The notes below the pieces were generated by a model. It was given only the letters and a program-made list of their open reading frames with translations. It did no database searches and had not been told where the DNA came from. From an uncultured Acidobacteriota bacterium (lineage in GTDB: Bacteria > Actinomycetota > Acidimicrobiia > Spongiisociales > ZC4RG35): a stretch of DNA of 64,000 nucleotides. The stretch covers positions 64,001 through 128,000 of the forward strand of contig CAWHEU010000021.1 of assembly GCA_963828465.1 (NCBI GenBank), in the 5' to 3' direction. The position numbers were made by a program, and so were the translations under genes. Within the stretch, counting starts at the first letter, position 1, and every line of letters starts with the position of its first letter. Below are positions 59,815-64,000 of this stretch, one piece after another.

Positions 59815-60771
59815 ATGGCCGCCTCGACCATCCGAAGCCGGAAGCTGACCAAGACCTACGGCGAGCACACCGTGGTCGACCGACTCGACCTCGACATCGA
59901 AGCCGGGGAGGTGTTCGGCCTGCTCGGCCCCAACGGGGCAGGCAAGACCACCACCATTCTCATGCTCCTCGGCCTCGTCGAGCCCAGCAAGGGCAAGATC
60001 GAGGTGCTGGGGCTCGACCCGAGATGGCATCCGCTCGAGGTCAAGAGGAACGTGGGCTACCTACCCGACGCGGTTGGCTTCTACGACCCCATGACCGGGC
60101 GGGAGAACCTCAGGTTCACCGCAAGGCTCAACGGGCTCGAAGACTTCGAAGACCTGATCAGCTCCCTGCTCGAGCTGGTCGGTCTGGCCGAGGCCGCCGA
60201 CCAGCCGGCCGGCGAGTACTCGCGAGGAATGAAGCAGCGTCTCGGCGTGGCGGACGCTCTGGTCAAGGGCCCATCGGTTCTCATCCTCGATGAGCCGACC
60301 ACCGCCATCGACCCCGAGGGTGTGGTCGAGTTGCTCGCCCTGATCCAGAGATTGGCAAAGGAGGAGGGAGTCACTGTGCTCCTCGCCAGCCACCTCCTTC
60401 ACCAGGTCCAGACTGTGTGCGACCGGGTCGCGATCTTCGTCAGAGGCAAGGTCGTCGCACAAGGAACACCACACGAGCTGGCGGCAGTCGACAAGACCGG
60501 CAACATCAGGGTCGAGTTCCGACTCGGCGGCGAGCCGTCCAAGGGTCGAGCCGCCCTCGAGGCCCTCGGAACTGTGAGTGGTATCACCCCTGGTCGGGCG
60601 CCCGGATCATGGGTCGCCGACCTCCATTCGGAGTCGCTGGCGCCCGCTGTGAGCGGCCTCGTCTCCAAGGGTGCCGACGTGATCGGTGTCCATCGGCTCG
60701 ACGAGGACCTGGAGAGCATCTATCGCCGCTATTTCGAGATCGAGGAAGCGGAGGAGGAGGTTCCGGTATGA
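59815..60771 (+). CDS. ABC transporter ATP-binding protein
   Basis: GPNGAGKT, YSRGMKQR, ILDEPT, SH. Confidence 0.95.
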   Translation: MAASTIRSRKLTKTYGEHTVVDRLDLDIEAGEVFGLLGPNGAGKTTTILMLLGLVEPSKGKIEVLGLDPRWHPLEVKRNVGYLPDAVGFYDPMTGRENLRFTARLNGLEDFEDLISSLLELVGLAEAADQPAGEYSRGMKQRLGVADALVKGPSVLILDEPTTAIDPEGVVELLALIQRLAKEEGVTVLLASHLLHQVQTVCDRVAIFVRGKVVAQGTPHELAAVDKTGNIRVEFRLGGEPSKGRAALEALGTVSGITPGRAPGSWVADLHSESLAPAVSGLVSKGADVIGVHRLDEDLESIYRRYFEIEEAEEEVPV

Positions 60772-61763
60772 CCACCGACGCCGAGGTCGTGGCCGAGGAG
60801 GTCCCCGCCGAGGAATCCTTACGGGTCGGAGGTTGGCGGGCGGTAGCCAGGAAGGAGATCGCCGATCACATCCTTTCGGGGCGGTTCGTCGTACTGATGG
60901 GAGTCCTCGGCATCGCCACGGCTGCGGCTGTCTTCGCCGCCTCGGGGGGGATCCGCGACGTCGCCCCCAACGCCCAGGGGATCACGGCGCTGTTCCTCAA
61001 GCTGTTCACCGTCACCGCCGACCCGGTCCCCTTCCCGCTGATCGTGTTCGTGGGATTCCTTGCCCCGCTACTCGGGATCATGTTCGGGTTCGATGCGGTC
61101 AGCGGCGAGCGCTCCCAGGGGACGCTGCCCCGGCTGCTCTCCCAGCCGATCCATCGTGACGAGGTGATCCTGGGCAAGTTCGTGGCGGGCCTGGCCGTGG
61201 TCGCGATCATGCTCACCGCCCTTGTGTTGTTCGTGTCCGGGATCGGGATCTTCAGGCTCGGTGTGGTGCCCACCCCGACCGAGATTTCCCGTCTTGCCGT
61301 GTGGCTGGTCTTCACCATCATCTACGTGGGGTTCTGGCAAGCGCTGGCCACCCTGTGCTCGGTGCTGGCCAAGCGGGCCTCGACCTCGGCGATGATCCCG
61401 CTCGGTGTCTGGTTGGTCCTGACCCTGTTCGGCTCGTTCATCTTCGGGGCCATCGCCAGCGTGCTCAGCCCCAGGGATGGCTCCGACGCGGCCGAGATCG
61501 CCTACCAGCAGACCGCTCAGACCGTGTCACAACTCTCACCGGTGACACTGTTCCAGCAGGTCTCGAACGTGCTCCTCGATCCCGAGGTGCGCACGGTCGG
61601 TTTGGTCACCCAGGAGCAGGTAGACCGGGCCATCGTGTCCGAGCTCAACCTCACCCAGAGCCTGGCCGTCGTGTGGCCCCAGATCGCCATCCTGGTCGCC
61701 CTGACGTCGGTCATGTTCGCCGCGGCCTACATCGCCTTCATGCGGGACGAGGTCCGGGCCTGA
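60768..61763 (+). CDS. ABC-2 type permease
   Basis: VARKE, GFDAVSGERSQGTL, GKF; about six TM. Confidence 0.92.
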   Translation: MTTDAEVVAEEVPAEESLRVGGWRAVARKEIADHILSGRFVVLMGVLGIATAAAVFAASGGIRDVAPNAQGITALFLKLFTVTADPVPFPLIVFVGFLAPLLGIMFGFDAVSGERSQGTLPRLLSQPIHRDEVILGKFVAGLAVVAIMLTALVLFVSGIGIFRLGVVPTPTEISRLAVWLVFTIIYVGFWQALATLCSVLAKRASTSAMIPLGVWLVLTLFGSFIFGAIASVLSPRDGSDAAEIAYQQTAQTVSQLSPVTLFQQVSNVLLDPEVRTVGLVTQEQVDRAIVSELNLTQSLAVVWPQIAILVALTSVMFAAAYIAFMRDEVRA

Positions 61764-61787
61764 CCGCTTTGCCTTTAGGCTGAGGTC

Positions 61788-62252
61788 ATGGATGAAGCGG
61801 TGAAGCCGGACGCGGTCGAGCAGGTGCCGGACGAGGAGCGAAAGGAGCCGCCGGTCTCCGAGCCGACCAAGCTGATCCGTATCGCATCCATGACCCGGGC
61901 GATGCTCGACGAGGTGCGTCAGGCACCACTCGATGAGGGCGGGCGGAAGCGTCTGGCCGACGTGCACTCCCGATCACTCGACGAGCTGCGCGAGGTCCTC
62001 TCCCCCGAGCTCCTCGACGAATTCGACGAGATCATGGTCCCCCTCGACAGGGAGGGTGTGACCGAAGCCGAGCTGCGGATCGCCCAGGCCCAGCTGATCG
62101 GGTGGCTGGAGGGTCTGTTCCACGGGATTCAGGCCTCGTTGTGGAGCCAGCAGATGGCCGCCCAATCCCAGCTGCAAGAGATGCAAAAGAGAGCGTTGAT
62201 CCCACCCTCGCCCCCCGGGCAAAACGAGGACCAGCCCGGCCTCTATCTCTGA
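61788..62252 (+). CDS. bpa: bacterial proteasome activator Bpa (PafE)
   Basis: PTKLIRI, ELRIAQAQLIGWLEGLFHGIQ, C-terminal HbYX motif GLYL. Confidence 0.93.
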   Translation: MDEAVKPDAVEQVPDEERKEPPVSEPTKLIRIASMTRAMLDEVRQAPLDEGGRKRLADVHSRSLDELREVLSPELLDEFDEIMVPLDREGVTEAELRIAQAQLIGWLEGLFHGIQASLWSQQMAAQSQLQEMQKRALIPPSPPGQNEDQPGLYL

Positions 62253-62255
62253 GCC

Positions 62256-62531
62256 TTATCCGACCTTGCGTTCCTGTTGGGTTCGCTCGCGCCGGACGCG
62301 ACGTCGCTCGCGCTCGCTGAGACCACCCCAGATGCCGAATTTCTCGCCCATGTCGACCGCGTAGTCGAGACACTCCGCCCGCACCTCGCAGGCAGCGCAT
62401 ATCGACTTCGCCTTCCGGGTGGAAGCCCCCCGCTCGGGGAAGAAGAGGTCGGCATCGGCGCCTCGGCAGTTGGCGTAGTCCTGCCAGGAAAGCTCACCTA
62501 CAGCCAAGGCTTGGATGAGCTTGCTCTGCAT
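62256..62531 (-). CDS. whiB: WhiB-family transcriptional regulator (WhiB/WhiB2-like)
   Basis: Four Cys, FFPERG, GIWGGLSERERR. Confidence 0.93.
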   Translation of the reverse strand: MQSKLIQALAVGELSWQDYANCRGADADLFFPERGASTRKAKSICAACEVRAECLDYAVDMGEKFGIWGGLSERERRRVRRERTQQERKVG

Positions 62532-62547
62532 CAGGTCTCCTCACAAC

Positions 62548-62594
62548 CGTGTAATTACACGTTTGACATTAAGACCGGGCGCGCGCGCCGTCAA
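62548..62594 (-). promoter_or_regulatory. housekeeping-sigma promoter of whiB with a palindrome over the predicted start site
   Basis: Minus strand TTGACG-N17-TAATGT (62594-62566); palindrome CGTGTAATTACACG at 62548-62561. Confidence 0.7.
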
Positions 62595-62657
62595 CCCCGA
62601 TTGGCGGATTTCTCCTTGTCGCGCCGGAAGATTCTGCCGACACCCATTGTTGGCATA

Positions 62658-63398
62658 ATGGAGTCACCGGTGTCCACCACGACTGAACAGCGAAGAGCCC
62701 CCTGGCCGGTCGTCTTCTATCGATCGGCGGTTGGCAAGAAGTGGGTGATGGCGCTCACCGGGATCGGGATCATCTTCTTCGTCCTGGCGCACATGGTGGG
62801 CAACTGGAAGATCTTCCTTCCCGACGTCGCCGGGGTGCCCGACATCGACATATATGCCGAGGCTCTACGAGAGCTGTTGGTCCCCTTCTTGCCCGCCCAC
62901 GTGGCCCTGTGGATCCTCCGCACAGGCTTGATCGTCGCCTTCCTCCTCCACATCCATGCCGCGTATGCGCTGACCTTGATGAATTCTCGGGCCCGACCCG
63001 AGCCTTATCAGGGGCCGCGCACCTATGTCGCGGCCAGCTACGCCAGCCGGACCATGCGCTGGAGCGGAGTGATCTTTGCCGCCTTCCTCCTATTTCATCT
63101 CGCCGACCTGACCTGGGGCATCCAGCCGATGGCGCCCGAGACCTGGGCCCGAGGCGAGGTGTACGCCAACTTCATCGCCACATTCAGCCGCGCCCCGGTG
63201 ACCGCCTTCTATGTGATCGCCATGGTGTTGCTGGGGCTCCATCTCTATCACGGGGCGTGGTCGATGTTCCAGAGCCTCGGTATCAACCATCCCCGGTTCA
63301 ACGCCGTCCGGCGCTATTTCGCCATCGGGCTTGCCGTCCTGGTGACCGTGGGCAACGCCATCATGCCCCTCGCCGTGTATTTCGGGTTCGTCGGATGA
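62658..63398 (+). CDS. sdhC: succinate dehydrogenase/fumarate reductase cytochrome b subunit
   Basis: [33 protein letters not shown]...QSLG. Confidence 0.93.
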   Translation: MESPVSTTTEQRRAPWPVVFYRSAVGKKWVMALTGIGIIFFVLAHMVGNWKIFLPDVAGVPDIDIYAEALRELLVPFLPAHVALWILRTGLIVAFLLHIHAAYALTLMNSRARPEPYQGPRTYVAASYASRTMRWSGVIFAAFLLFHLADLTWGIQPMAPETWARGEVYANFIATFSRAPVTAFYVIAMVLLGLHLYHGAWSMFQSLGINHPRFNAVRRYFAIGLAVLVTVGNAIMPLAVYFGFVG

Positions 63399-64000
63399 CT
63401 CTCAAGCTCGACGCCAAGGTGCCGCCCGGCCCCGTCGAGGACAAATGGGACAACCACAAGTTCTCGGTTCGACTGGTGAACCCGGCCAACAAGCGAAAGT
63501 TCAAGATCCTGATCGTCGGCACCGGTCTGGCCGGCGCCTCGGCCGCTTCCTCTCTGGCGGAACTGGGATACGACGTCGAGGTTTTCACCTTCCACGACTC
63601 ACCGCGCCGGGCCCATTCCATCGCCGCCCAAGGCGGGATCAACGCCGCCAAGAACTACAAGAACGATGGCGATTCTGTGTACCGGCTCTTCTACGACACG
63701 GTCAAAGGCGGCGACTATCGGAGCCGAGAGGCGAACGTCTACCGCCTGGCCCACGAGTCGCTGAACATCATCGACCAGGCCACTGCCCAGGGGGTGCCGT
63801 TCGCCCGGGAGTACGGCGGGTTGCTCGACAACCGGTCATTCGGTGGGGCGCAGGTAGCGCGCACTTTCTACGCAAGAGGCCAGACGGGCCAGCAGCTCCT
63901 CCTCGGGGCGTACCAGGCGATGGCCCGTCAGGTGGCGGCGGGCACTGTGAAGCTTCACACCCGATCGGAGATGCTCGACATCGTGGTCAAGGAGGGGAGG
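63395..64000 (+). CDS. sdhA: succinate dehydrogenase/fumarate reductase flavoprotein subunit (5' part)
   Basis: Manual translation: [10 protein letters not shown]...VGTGLAG...[15 protein letters not shown]...RSFGG...GQTGQQLL. Confidence 0.95.
   Translation, partial: MTLKLDAKVPPGPVEDKWDNHKFSVRLVNPANKRKFKILIVGTGLAGASAASSLAELGYDVEVFTFHDSPRRAHSIAAQGGINAAKNYKNDGDSVYRLFYDTVKGGDYRSREANVYRLAHESLNIIDQATAQGVPFAREYGGLLDNRSFGGAQVARTFYARGQTGQQLLLGAYQAMARQVAAGTVKLHTRSEMLDIVVKEGR

Noticed and set aside
1-64000. CRISPR array, rRNA, IS transposase or prophage
   Set aside because: No repeat-spacer array, rRNA-like segment, transposase/integrase or phage structural gene was seen.

Overview
High-GC chromosomal window from an actinobacterium, most likely Acidimicrobiia (inferred from WhiB, proteasome activator Bpa, F420 CofC, ino1, Asp-type MurA and many apparently leaderless genes). 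It is mostly housekeeping and accessory genes: a two-component system, two CNNM proteins, a solo sufB, an M23 peptidase, ino1-arfB, an extra sigma-70 factor, menE/menB/menA, ppdK, murA, gltX, three tRNAs (Glu-TTC, Glu-CTC, Gln-CTG), ilvE, cofC with a glycerate kinase, RNase HI, a membrane pyrophosphatase, a Tad/Flp pilus locus, a CP-ATP-grasp/alpha-E/transglutaminase operon, an ABC system, bpa, whiB and sdhC-sdhA. About a dozen genes carry small frameshifts that look like assembly indels. The most notable unannotated signals are: (i) a LexA box in front of a group-2-like sigma factor whose -35-reading helix is degenerate; (ii) two unrelated HNH nuclease genes 28 kb apart that share the promoter TTTCTGTC-N11-ATACGTT (PafBC/RecA-NDp spacing); (iii) a multi-hairpin leader with an intrinsic terminator before the M23 peptidase, a candidate riboswitch; (iv) cofC translationally coupled to a MOFRL 2-hydroxyacid kinase; (v) a diverged copy of a host gene's 3' end on the far side of the DUF222-HNH gene. 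All calls come from reading the sequence by eye; no searches or folding programs were run.
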